This document shows, piece after piece, positions 36,209-44,488 of a DNA stretch of 64,000 bases (position 1 is its first letter; each line of letters starts with the position of its first letter). This DNA comes from an uncultured Flavobacteriales bacterium (GTDB taxonomy: Bacteria > Bacteroidota > Bacteroidia > Flavobacteriales_D > Sanyastnellaceae), in contig CBFIFE010000008.1 of assembly GCA_965661765.1 (NCBI GenBank), positions 5,737 to 69,736 on the forward strand. The letters are read 5' to 3'. The translations under genes were made by a program, and so were the position numbers. The notes under the pieces were generated by a model, which was not told where the DNA came from, did not search any database, and saw only the letters and a program-made list of their open reading frames with translations.

Positions 36209-36246
36209 CCCTCGCGCGCTGACCTTCGTGCCCTGACCCTCGCGCG
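36191..36246. repeat. Four tandem copies of a 14-nt unit (YTGACCNTCGYGCN)
   Basis: TTGACCATCGTGCA / CTGACCCTCGCGCG / CTGACCTTCGTGCC / CTGACCCTCGCGCG. The first unit is the 3' end of the GH25 CDS (stop 36206-36208). Confidence 0.8.
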
Positions 36247-36253
36247 CCGCTCC

Positions 36254-36589
36254 CTACCCGTTCGCCATCAACTTCGATGCAATGATGAACCGGACGCCAT
36301 GTGGGATCTCCAAGGAAAAAGACGAACCCCGTCCGGCCACCACGTCGAGGGTCAAGTGGGTGTGTTTCCAGTACTCGAATTGGTCTGAAGCCATGAAAAA
36401 CGGCTGGCCATGAACGTCACCGAGCTTGACGTCCGATTGCCCGATCCGGAACTCTCCCCGCGGGAAGCACATCGGCGCGGAGCCATCGCAACAACCACCT
36501 GACTGGTGAAACATCAGTGGTCCGTGCATATCGACCAGTTTGTCAATCAGCAAAGCTGCCGCGGGTGTGCATGTGACGCGTTCGATCAT
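36254..36589 (-). CDS. DUF779 domain protein
   Basis: PAAALLIDKLVDMHGPLMFHQSGGCCDGSAPMCFP is typical of DUF779. Lies downstream of the aldehyde dehydrogenase, as usual. ATG at 36589. Confidence 0.8.
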   Translation of the reverse strand: MIERVTCTPAAALLIDKLVDMHGPLMFHQSGGCCDGSAPMCFPRGEFRIGQSDVKLGDVHGQPFFMASDQFEYWKHTHLTLDVVAGRGSSFSLEIPHGVRFIIASKLMANG

Positions 36590-36674
36590 CGGGAGGGAGG
36601 GTTGGGGAAGGGGGAGGGAGGTCGGCCCCGCGCAGGAGCCGACCCTCTGTGAATCCATTGTTTTCAGCCGAAGC

Positions 36675-38210
36675 TCAAAAGAATCCGAGCTTTTGCTTGC
36701 TGTAAGAAATCAGCATGTTCTTTGTCTGGCGGTAGTGGTTGAGCATCATTTTGTGGGTCTCCCGACCAAACCCAGATTTCTTGTATCCGCCAAATGGCGC
36801 ATGCGCAGGGTATGCATGGTAGCAGTTGACCCAAACCCGGCCCGCCTCAATCGCCCGCGGCATGGTGTACATCTCATGCGCGTCCCGCGTCCACAGGCCG
36901 GCGCCCAATCCGTACATCGTATCATTTGCGATGGCCAAGGCTTCTTCCTGGGTCTTGAAGGTGGTGACGCAGGTAACGGGACCGAAGATCTCTTCTTGGA
37001 AGACGCGCATCTTGTTGTGGCCCTTCAGAATCGTGGGTTCGATGTAATATCCGTTTTCCAAGCCGCTGTTCAGCCCTGCAGCTTGCCCACCGCACAACAC
37101 CTCTGCACCCTCTTCTCGGCCGATGTTGATGTAATTGAGGATTTTTTCGAATTGGTCATTTGAAGCCTGCGCCCCCATCATGGTTTCCGCATCCATCGGG
37201 TGCCCCATTTTGATTGCATTTGTTCGCGCAATCACGCGTTCCATGAAGACGTCGTAAATGTCCTCATGAACCAAAATCCGCGAGGGGCACGTGCACACTT
37301 CCCCTTGGTTCAATGCAAACATGACGGCCCCTTCCACTGCCTTGTCGAAGAAATCGTCGTCCGCCGCCGCCACAGAAGGCATGAAGATGTTGGGCGATTT
37401 GCCGCCAAGCTCCATGGTCACAGGGTTCAAATTCTCCGACGCGTACTGCATGATCAGCCGACCGGTTGTGGTCTCTCCTGTGAAGGCCACTTTCGCCACG
37501 CGGGGGTTTTGGGCCAGCGGCTTGCCAGCCTCCAGGCCAAACCCAGTCACCACATTCAACACGCCAGCAGGAATCAAATCCCCGATGAGCTCCAACAAGA
37601 CCATGATGCTTGTGGGGGTCTGTTCGGCTGGTTTCACGACCGTGCAGCACCCTGCCGCGAGGGCTGGAGCAATCTTCCAAGTCGCCATGAGGAGCGGGAA
37701 ATTCCACGGGATGATTTGGCCTACCACGCCCAACGGTTCATGCAAATTGATGGACACAGTGGTCTCATCGTGCTCACTGATGCCGCCCTCTTCACCCCGA
37801 ATCACCCCGGCGAAGTATCGGAAGTGGTCCACACACAATGGCAAATCCGCAACCGTCGTCTCGCGCAACGCCTTGCCATTGTCGGCCGTCTCGATCCGGG
37901 CCAGCATGTCCAAATTCTCCTCGATGCGATCTGCAATTTTCAGCAACATGTTCGATCGCTCAACCACGCTCGTCTTGCTCCACCCTGGAAGGGCCTTGTG
38001 GGCGGCGTCGAGTGCAGCTTCGATGTCGGCGGCGTTTCCACGGGCGGCCTGTGTCCAAACCTGGCCATTGATGGGCGAAATGTTGTCGAAGTACTCGCCT
38101 GCGTTGGGGCTCACCCAGCGGCCACCGATGTAGTGGTCGTATCGGGATTTGACTTGGGGCAATTCGAACGCCACTTTTTCCGCATATGCGGTCGTTGTTT
38201 CTACTGACAT
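36675..38210 (-). CDS. NAD-dependent aldehyde dehydrogenase (acetaldehyde dehydrogenase II-like, about 510 aa)
   Basis: [42 protein letters not shown] (catalytic Cys), EEIFGPV. Confidence 0.95.
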   Translation of the reverse strand: MSVETTTAYAEKVAFELPQVKSRYDHYIGGRWVSPNAGEYFDNISPINGQVWTQAARGNAADIEAALDAAHKALPGWSKTSVVERSNMLLKIADRIEENLDMLARIETADNGKALRETTVADLPLCVDHFRYFAGVIRGEEGGISEHDETTVSINLHEPLGVVGQIIPWNFPLLMATWKIAPALAAGCCTVVKPAEQTPTSIMVLLELIGDLIPAGVLNVVTGFGLEAGKPLAQNPRVAKVAFTGETTTGRLIMQYASENLNPVTMELGGKSPNIFMPSVAAADDDFFDKAVEGAVMFALNQGEVCTCPSRILVHEDIYDVFMERVIARTNAIKMGHPMDAETMMGAQASNDQFEKILNYINIGREEGAEVLCGGQAAGLNSGLENGYYIEPTILKGHNKMRVFQEEIFGPVTCVTTFKTQEEALAIANDTMYGLGAGLWTRDAHEMYTMPRAIEAGRVWVNCYHAYPAHAPFGGYKKSGFGRETHKMMLNHYRQTKNMLISYSKQKLGFF

Positions 38211-38332
38211 GTTTCAGAGATTTTGTAGGTGTTTGACTCTTTTGGCCAAAGGAATCACAACCTTGTATCAAAAAATCGGCATTTTGTGCTTTGTCATGTG
38301 CACTTTGTGACTTTTCGTGTACTTTGGACATC

Positions 38333-39259
38333 ATGCCAATGAAGCACCGCTTGTCTCCCGTCTCCTTGACCCCTTCCACGGCCTTGCCCACCCTCGTGGA
38401 GCACCGCCGCATCGTGGACATGGAGACCTGTCAGCTGAATGTATTTGAAACCCATGCGGCCGCAAGCCGCGTGCATTTGCAATTTGACAACCTTCTGCTG
38501 ACCAGCATGATGCGCGGGAAGAAGGTCATGCACTTGCCGGATCGGCCTGCGTTCGATTACTTGCCGGGTGAATCTGTTTTGGTCCGTCCGCAGGAAAAAA
38601 TGATCATCGATTTCCCAGACGCATCCTTTGATGAGCCCACCCAATGCATCGCGTTGGCCATCAGCGCTGATGCTGTGCGCGGCACACTGGACATGCTCAA
38701 CGAAAACTACCCTCGCATCGGGCAAACCGAACAATGGGGCCTGGATGATGAGTTTGTTCACCTCCAAAATGACCAAGCCACAGCCGCCACCATTGAACGG
38801 ATGGTGTACCTCGGCATGTTTGAACAAGGCAAACACAAGGACATCCTTGCGAGCCTGGCCTTGCAAGAGCTCCTCGTGCGTTTGATGCAAGGCTCCGCGC
38901 GCTCTCTATTTGCCCGCGATTTTCGGCAACTCTCTGCCTCTCACCCGCTTGCGGCGGTAATGACTTACATTGAGGACCACCTCACCGAATCCCTCGAAGT
39001 CACAAAACTCGCGTCCATTGCGTGCATGAGCCGGGCCCACTTTCAACGAAAGTTCAAGGAGGCCTTCGGATGGACCCCCAAGGAATACGTGACCCGCGCC
39101 CGGATCGAAATGGCGAAGAAGCAATTGGCCACGCCGCATGCCTGCGTGCAAGAAGTGGCTTATGCTTGTGGTTTCAACGGCCCGAACCCCTTCATCCGCG
39201 CCTTTCGCCTCGCGGAGGGCATCACGCCCAAGCAATACGCGAGACAATTCGCAGCTTGA
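38333..39259 (+). CDS. AraC family transcriptional regulator
   Basis: C-terminal double HTH: LASIACMSRAHFQRKFKEAFGWTPKEYVTRARIEMAKKQL...VAYACGFNGPNPFIRAFRLAEGITPKQY. Divergent from the aldehyde dehydrogenase. Confidence 0.85.
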   Translation: MPMKHRLSPVSLTPSTALPTLVEHRRIVDMETCQLNVFETHAAASRVHLQFDNLLLTSMMRGKKVMHLPDRPAFDYLPGESVLVRPQEKMIIDFPDASFDEPTQCIALAISADAVRGTLDMLNENYPRIGQTEQWGLDDEFVHLQNDQATAATIERMVYLGMFEQGKHKDILASLALQELLVRLMQGSARSLFARDFRQLSASHPLAAVMTYIEDHLTESLEVTKLASIACMSRAHFQRKFKEAFGWTPKEYVTRARIEMAKKQLATPHACVQEVAYACGFNGPNPFIRAFRLAEGITPKQYARQFAA

Positions 39260-39275
39260 ACAAACAGTCCTCCCG

Positions 39276-39869
39276 ATGTCCGAAGAAGTTTTCGATCAGA
39301 CGTTCGCCCATTGGCACCAAGTCTGCGCTCACCCCTCGGGCACGCGGTTTGATTCCTGCCGTTTCACGGGTTGGGGCTTGCCAGCAGACCCTTCTGAACG
39401 TCGACCCTTTCGGTTCTCTGGTTTCCGTTTCGAAGAATGCACCTTCACAGATTGCGACCTCAGCAACGTCGACGTTCGCAATGCCGCATTTCGGTCGGTC
39501 AAATTTGTCGGTTGCAAATTGCAAGGAATCCGGTGGGACGCTGCGGCCCCCATGGGCTTTGCGTGCGAGTGGCGGCAGTGCAATTTGAATTTCAGCGTGT
39601 TTGAGGGCGTGGACTTGAGGTACAGTCGATTCGTGGATGCCGAGGTGAAAGAAGCGGACTTCAGCCGATCCTTATGCCAGTCTCTCCGCTTTGAAAATTG
39701 CGTCCTTTCTGGGGCGGTTTGGACGGCTTCGGATTGCACGGATGCCGACTTTTCTGCGTCCGAAGGCATCACCATGGACCCCGATGAGGTGCGACTTGGC
39801 GGGGCCCATTTTCGGCAGGATCAACTCCATGGCCTTTTGGTGAAACACGGCATCCAAATCGTCCCTTAG
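39276..39869 (+). CDS. Pentapeptide-repeat protein
   Basis: Runs of A(D/N)LXX-type pentapeptides (FEECTFTDCDLSNVDVRNAAFRSVKFVGCKLQGIRW..., NLNFSVFEGVDLRYSRFVDAEVKEADFSRS). ATG at 39276. The stop TAG lies inside repeat array 2. Confidence 0.75.
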   Translation: MSEEVFDQTFAHWHQVCAHPSGTRFDSCRFTGWGLPADPSERRPFRFSGFRFEECTFTDCDLSNVDVRNAAFRSVKFVGCKLQGIRWDAAAPMGFACEWRQCNLNFSVFEGVDLRYSRFVDAEVKEADFSRSLCQSLRFENCVLSGAVWTASDCTDADFSASEGITMDPDEVRLGGAHFRQDQLHGLLVKHGIQIVP

Positions 39870-39918
39870 TCCCCCTAGTCTCCCTAGTCTCCCTAGTCTC
39901 CCTAGTCCCCCTAGTTCC
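39864..39918. repeat. C3-tract/CTAG 9-nt tandem array 2 (6 units)
   Basis: CCCTTAGTC CCCCTAGTC TCCCTAGTC TCCCTAGTC TCCCTAGTC CCCCTAGTT CC, with TAG exactly every 9 nt (39867...39912). Confidence 0.9.
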
Positions 39919-40549
39919 TCATCCATCCCGTCACACTCATCCGATCTTTGTGTGAACGCAAAACCTCGTGTTCAATCTCCGCACTTGGGAACATGACAGT
40001 CCGACCAAAAACCGGCTCAACAGTCACCGGCAAATCATCCTCCCCGTAAATGATCAACTCCCCGCCATGCTTCGGCTGCCATCCCACATTCAAATAGGTG
40101 ATCAACGAGAAGAGGCGGGCATTTTTGTTCTGGAAATCGTCAATGTGCCTCGCATAGCGAGCGCCAGGTGGGTAAATGGCGAAATGGAACTCTCGGTTCC
40201 GAATCCCGGCAAAGCACGTGCGATTCAGGTAGGCCGACAACGCGTCGATTCGGTCGAGATAGGCCTGCTGGTGCGGATCTGTCGGCGCATCGGGCCACCA
40301 AGCAATGAGGTCCGATCGAATGTCCCGGTGGATGGTGGCGCGGTCCGAGCCACCAATGGCGGCTTGGCGCAAGGATTCGGCGGCCGACAGCGCCTTGAGT
40401 TGCTGGCAAAGTGCCGACAACATCGGGGGGGGCCAGAGGTCGTCGATGACGGCCCAGTTTTGGCCCAAAATCTGCTGCACCATGCGCTCGAAACGCGCTT
40501 CAATTTGCACCATGATCGCGATGTCTAGAATTTCGCAACGTTCGCCCAT
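39911..40549 (-). CDS. 2OG-Fe(II) oxygenase (prolyl 4-hydroxylase-like)
   Basis: YARHIDDF (HxD), LITYLNVGW, GGELIIY, RTVMFPSAEIEHEV (distal His). The ATG at 40513 is an alternative start. The stop is supplied by repeat array 2. Confidence 0.8.
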   Translation of the reverse strand: MGERCEILDIAIMVQIEARFERMVQQILGQNWAVIDDLWPPPMLSALCQQLKALSAAESLRQAAIGGSDRATIHRDIRSDLIAWWPDAPTDPHQQAYLDRIDALSAYLNRTCFAGIRNREFHFAIYPPGARYARHIDDFQNKNARLFSLITYLNVGWQPKHGGELIIYGEDDLPVTVEPVFGRTVMFPSAEIEHEVLRSHKDRMSVTGWMRN

Positions 40550-40573
40550 TTTTGCAATCGAAACACCAAGCCC

Positions 40574-41761
40574 ATGCCTCTTTTTTTCGCATCCTTTTCA
40601 TGGTTGGCCAGTGCCCTGCTGATGCCGGCTGGAGCGCCCTGCCTCGCACCCGATTCGGTGCCGGTCACTTTTGAAGTTCACGCCCCGCTGCTGTCCCCGG
40701 ACAGCTTGGTGTGGGTGGCCGGCAGTCCCTCGGCATGGGGCCCTTGGAAGCCGGACGGATTCGCCTTGACCTACAGCGGAAATCACGCTTGGACAGGCAC
40801 GACTTGGATGCAACATCCGCAGACCTTTGAATACAAATTCACCCTCGGTCGATGGGAGAATGAAGCCACAGATGACGATGGCTATCCTCGAGCAAATGCC
40901 GTTGCTCCCACCCAAGCAGGAGGCATCATGCTCCGCGACACGGTGGCCGCGTGGTTGCAGGGTGGGCCGCCGCCCAGGCGCCTCATTGGCCAGGTCACAG
41001 GGGAGGTGGCGCATTGGCCAGGTTGGTCCTGGGCTGGGCTGGCTGATCGCGACGTTTGGGTCTGGACACCACCAGGTTACGCCGAGATGCCCGAGCTTTT
41101 CTGCGATGTTTTGGTGATGCACGATGGGCGCAATGTCTTCGACCCAGCAACGAGCAACTTTGGGGTGGATTGGGGGGTGGATGAAGTGATGGATTCCTTG
41201 ATTCGATCAGGCCAAACCCGACCCACAATCGTCGTCGCTGCCGACTGCACCGATGCGCGGGCCGACGAGTATGCCCCCGGTGCTGGGGGAGAGGCCTACA
41301 TGGATTGGCTGGTGAATGGGCTATTGCCTTGGATTCGGAAACACTACCGCGTTCATGAAGGGCCCCTGCACACCACGGTGGCCGGCGCATCGATGGGCGG
41401 ATTGATCAGTTTCATGCTCGCCGAGCGCCACCCCGAGACCTTTGGGGCCGCGATTTGCATGTCACCTGCGTTTCAGTACAAGGGCCTCGATTGGTCTGCA
41501 GCCGTTGCCTCGCGTCCTTGGCCCTCCGATGTGGGGTTCATCTACATCGACAACGGAGGGGTGGGTCTCGAGGAGGTGTTGCAGCCCGGGGTGGAAGCCA
41601 TGGTGCAGGTGTTGTCTGACAAGGGATTGGGGACATCCAACATGACCGTGGCGTTTTTCCCTGACGCACGGCATTTCGAGGCGGATTGGGGTGCGCGCTT
41701 TGGCGATGCGCATCAGGCGACGGCGGCTGCGCGGGCCCGGCGTTTGGCAGAGCGCCATTGA
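40574..41761 (+). CDS. Esterase (esterase D / enterochelin-esterase-like fold) with an N-terminal CBM20/48-like module
   Basis: VTFEVHAP..VWVAGSPSAWGPWKPDGFAL..FEYKFTLGRWENEA, then VLVMHDGRNVFD, VAGASMGGLISFMLAERHPETFGAAICMSPAF. Confidence 0.75.
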   Translation: MPLFFASFSWLASALLMPAGAPCLAPDSVPVTFEVHAPLLSPDSLVWVAGSPSAWGPWKPDGFALTYSGNHAWTGTTWMQHPQTFEYKFTLGRWENEATDDDGYPRANAVAPTQAGGIMLRDTVAAWLQGGPPPRRLIGQVTGEVAHWPGWSWAGLADRDVWVWTPPGYAEMPELFCDVLVMHDGRNVFDPATSNFGVDWGVDEVMDSLIRSGQTRPTIVVAADCTDARADEYAPGAGGEAYMDWLVNGLLPWIRKHYRVHEGPLHTTVAGASMGGLISFMLAERHPETFGAAICMSPAFQYKGLDWSAAVASRPWPSDVGFIYIDNGGVGLEEVLQPGVEAMVQVLSDKGLGTSNMTVAFFPDARHFEADWGARFGDAHQATAAARARRLAERH

Positions 41762-42927
41762 AGGTTCGCTCCGCCGAGACCCACCAAACCGACAGCCACC
41801 ACCACCCATGAGACGCCGCCGAAAACACAAGCGGCCAACATCACCAGGTCGCTGACCGGCCCCGTCATCCAAGCGGGCAGCGACCGACCGTCCCAAACCG
41901 CTCCGACCCACCACAAGTTCCAAAGGACCCAACCGATGCCGATCAGTTGAACCCCGACCGGCAGGGCGGCTTGCCCCAACAACAAGGCGAAGGCCCCCGC
42001 AAGCGTTGCGCCCCAACGGAACAACAGGCCGGGCAAGAGTCCGGAGGGCGGTGTCGCTTCGAATTTGGCCTCCTCTCCTGTGATCGGTGGTGGCGAAACA
42101 AAGCCCTGAGGCGTCCAGCCCGGCGGGGCGAACAAGAACCGGATTTTGTCCCGCCATCCGGGGATGGCCAGAACATTCCGGACCAGCCTGACCCAAGGTT
42201 GAAGTTGCGCGCGAACGGGGTTGAACGTATCAGCAGGGGTGGTGATGCCATAAACGGGACGTTCTCTCTCGGCTTGAAATGTGCCGAACAGACGGTCCCA
42301 AACAATGAACACCCCGCCGTGGTTTTTGTCGATGTATTCCGGGTTGCGCCCGTGGTGAACCCGGTGGTGAGAAGGCGTGTTGAGGACCCATTCCAGCGGT
42401 CCGAGGTGTCGGATGGCCTGGGTGTGAATCCAAAATTGGTAGACCAAATTCAGCGCCATCACCGTCGCAAACATCCAAGGCGGCAAGCCTGCCAGGGCCA
42501 GCGGCCAATAGACCCACATCATCAACACTTTCTGCGCAGCACTTTGCCGCAAAGCCACACCGAGGTTGTAGTCCTCGGATTGGTGATGCACCACGTGCCC
42601 GATCCAAAACACGTTCACCCGGTGCGACCAGCGATGCGCCCAGTAATAGGCAAAATCCGCCACCACAAAGGCGGCCCAAAACCCCCACGATGTGTCCGGC
42701 CAAACCCACGATCCGCGCAGCGACGCCCCCCAATGGAACATGCCCGCGAAGGCCGCAATGGTCAGCAACTTGGCCAGGACGCCTGTGGTTTGGTCCATGA
42801 TGCCACACCCCAAATTCGCCAGCGTATCCCCCAGTCGGTACACGCCCTGTTTTCCGCGCCGATCCCACGCCCATTCGAGCCCGATGAGCAGAAAGAAAAC
42901 AGGAATCGCGAACAAAATGATGCGCAT
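41713..42927 (-). CDS. Fatty-acid hydroxylase / sterol desaturase family membrane protein with an extra C-terminal TM region
   Basis: His boxes HRWSHRV, GHVVHHQSEDYN, HHRVHHG. The C-terminal about 120 aa are hydrophobic. Confidence 0.8.
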   Translation of the reverse strand: MRIILFAIPVFFLLIGLEWAWDRRGKQGVYRLGDTLANLGCGIMDQTTGVLAKLLTIAAFAGMFHWGASLRGSWVWPDTSWGFWAAFVVADFAYYWAHRWSHRVNVFWIGHVVHHQSEDYNLGVALRQSAAQKVLMMWVYWPLALAGLPPWMFATVMALNLVYQFWIHTQAIRHLGPLEWVLNTPSHHRVHHGRNPEYIDKNHGGVFIVWDRLFGTFQAERERPVYGITTPADTFNPVRAQLQPWVRLVRNVLAIPGWRDKIRFLFAPPGWTPQGFVSPPPITGEEAKFEATPPSGLLPGLLFRWGATLAGAFALLLGQAALPVGVQLIGIGWVLWNLWWVGAVWDGRSLPAWMTGPVSDLVMLAACVFGGVSWVVVAVGLVGLGGANLQWRSAKRRARAAAVA

Positions 42928-42996
42928 CAGGTAGAGCCGTTGTGGGTGTCGTAATATTGTGCCTTTACTTGTTCTTTTCGGACAAAACTTGGACGC

Positions 42997-44055
42997 ATGA
43001 ACCTGTCAAATGTACGATGCCAGTTGCTGAAATGCCTGGCAATTTCCGCTCTTCTTCTGGCGCCAGAAGCGCATTATGCCCAACTCTCACTGCTCTCGGG
43101 TGTTCCCTTTCAGGGATTGATTCGTTCTGCTGAGGGCGAGCCCTTGGCGAATGCGAATTGCACCATGGCGTTTGCGTTTGTGACGCCGTCAGATTCGGTG
43201 GTTTGGGCCGATACGTTGGCCGTGACAACAGACGCGTACGGTTTGGTGAGCACCCGGGTGGGCACCTCGTCTGCCTTGCAGGCGTTGCCCTGGAAGGACG
43301 AACTTTCGTTGCGGACGCAAGTGGATCTCGGTGGTGGTTTTTCGCTGCTTTCGACAGAACCAGTAGGGTTCGTCCCAGTCGCAGGGTTCGCGGCGAACGG
43401 ATTTTATGAGCAATCGCCGGAGGATTACCGGTTGGGTTTTACAGCGGATACGGTGCGCTTTCATGCCGACAGTGTGATTGTCATCGGGGATACGGATGTG
43501 GCTGGGGTGTTGACAAAGGTGGTGCGGCTGCAAGCGGAGGAAGATGTCATTTTCTCTGGGCGAGATGATGTCGTGGCCTTTGCTGATGACCAAATCAAGC
43601 TCAACGCCTTCACCGACATCTGGCTCAATGCGACAGACGATGTTCGCCTCGAGGGTGCTGATGACGTGCGGGGCACAGCGGCGAACGAGCTGGAGATGGT
43701 CGGTATGCGGCGAACGAACATCGGAACCGCCGCGGGCATCACCCCGACATCAGACACCACCACAGTGATGGGGGATTTGTACCTGAACATCGGGATGCCC
43801 GTGTTTCCTCCGCTGACAGGCACCGCTGCCGATACCGTTTATTTGTCCAACCAGGTCAATATCGGTGGAGAAAACATCAGCATCCACGGTCCTGTCACTT
43901 TCCATGGTCAGGCCTTGGGGTTGGACCCCACGGCCCCACAACATTTTGTGACGTTGAATTACCTCAACGCGGCCATGTTCAATTTGGTTCAGCAGGTCAA
44001 CGCCTTGCAGGCGGAACTGGAGGTGCTTCAAGGAAACGGTCTGCAAAATGACTAA
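42997..44055 (+). CDS. Hypothetical secreted protein with a beta-helix-like middle region and a C-terminal coiled coil
   Basis: Signal CLAISALLLAPEAHYAQ. Repetitive DDV.. segments. C-terminal GLDPTAPQHFVTLNYLNAAMFNLVQQVNALQAELEVLQ. Confidence 0.6.
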   Translation: MNLSNVRCQLLKCLAISALLLAPEAHYAQLSLLSGVPFQGLIRSAEGEPLANANCTMAFAFVTPSDSVVWADTLAVTTDAYGLVSTRVGTSSALQALPWKDELSLRTQVDLGGGFSLLSTEPVGFVPVAGFAANGFYEQSPEDYRLGFTADTVRFHADSVIVIGDTDVAGVLTKVVRLQAEEDVIFSGRDDVVAFADDQIKLNAFTDIWLNATDDVRLEGADDVRGTAANELEMVGMRRTNIGTAAGITPTSDTTTVMGDLYLNIGMPVFPPLTGTAADTVYLSNQVNIGGENISIHGPVTFHGQALGLDPTAPQHFVTLNYLNAAMFNLVQQVNALQAELEVLQGNGLQND

Positions 44056-44455
44056 GTGCTCATGGATCGCGGTGGTGGCCGGCCTGTTGCTGGGTTCAGC
44101 CGCCACTGCTCAAACCACCGGCCCGACCCTGCACGAACATGGAATGTCCTGTGCCACACCCTCTGGCACCTTGGATTCGGGCGAATCGGTGACCCTGGCT
44201 TTTGGGGTGCCTTTCTCTGGCGCTGTTGCTTGGGGAGCTGTCGGCTGGTTGCACCATCATCCTCCCATCGCTGGCAATGATTGTCCGCCGGACTTGGACA
44301 ACGACGGGGTGGTGGCGACATCGGATTTGCTGTTGCTGCTGGCGGACTTTGGTTGCACCAATTCTTGCGCTGCCGATATCAACGGAGATGGCCTGGTGTC
44401 ATCCGCGGATTTGCTCTCCTTGCTCGCTGCCTATGGAGACTTTTGCCAAACCTGA
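44048..44455 (+). CDS. Small secreted protein with dockerin-like (EF-hand-type) double repeat
   Basis: Signal MTKCSWIAVVAGLLLGSAATAQ. DLDNDGVVATSDLLLLLADFG and DINGDGLVSSADLLSLLAAYG. Overlaps the upstream gene by 8 nt. Confidence 0.55.
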   Translation: MTKCSWIAVVAGLLLGSAATAQTTGPTLHEHGMSCATPSGTLDSGESVTLAFGVPFSGAVAWGAVGWLHHHPPIAGNDCPPDLDNDGVVATSDLLLLLADFGCTNSCAADINGDGLVSSADLLSLLAAYGDFCQT

Positions 44456-44488
44456 GGATGTCCAAGGCCCCAAACAATTCGCTGGAGA

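Noticed and set aside
37200-38207. 335-aa and 280-aa + strand ORFs inside the aldehyde dehydrogenase gene
   Set aside because: They are antisense to a gene with the full ALDH signatures (ELGGKSP, catalytic Cys).
41947-42954. 335-aa + strand ORF opposite the fatty-acid-hydroxylase gene
   Set aside because: The minus strand has three canonical His boxes. The + translation is Arg/Pro/Gln-rich with no recognisable motif.
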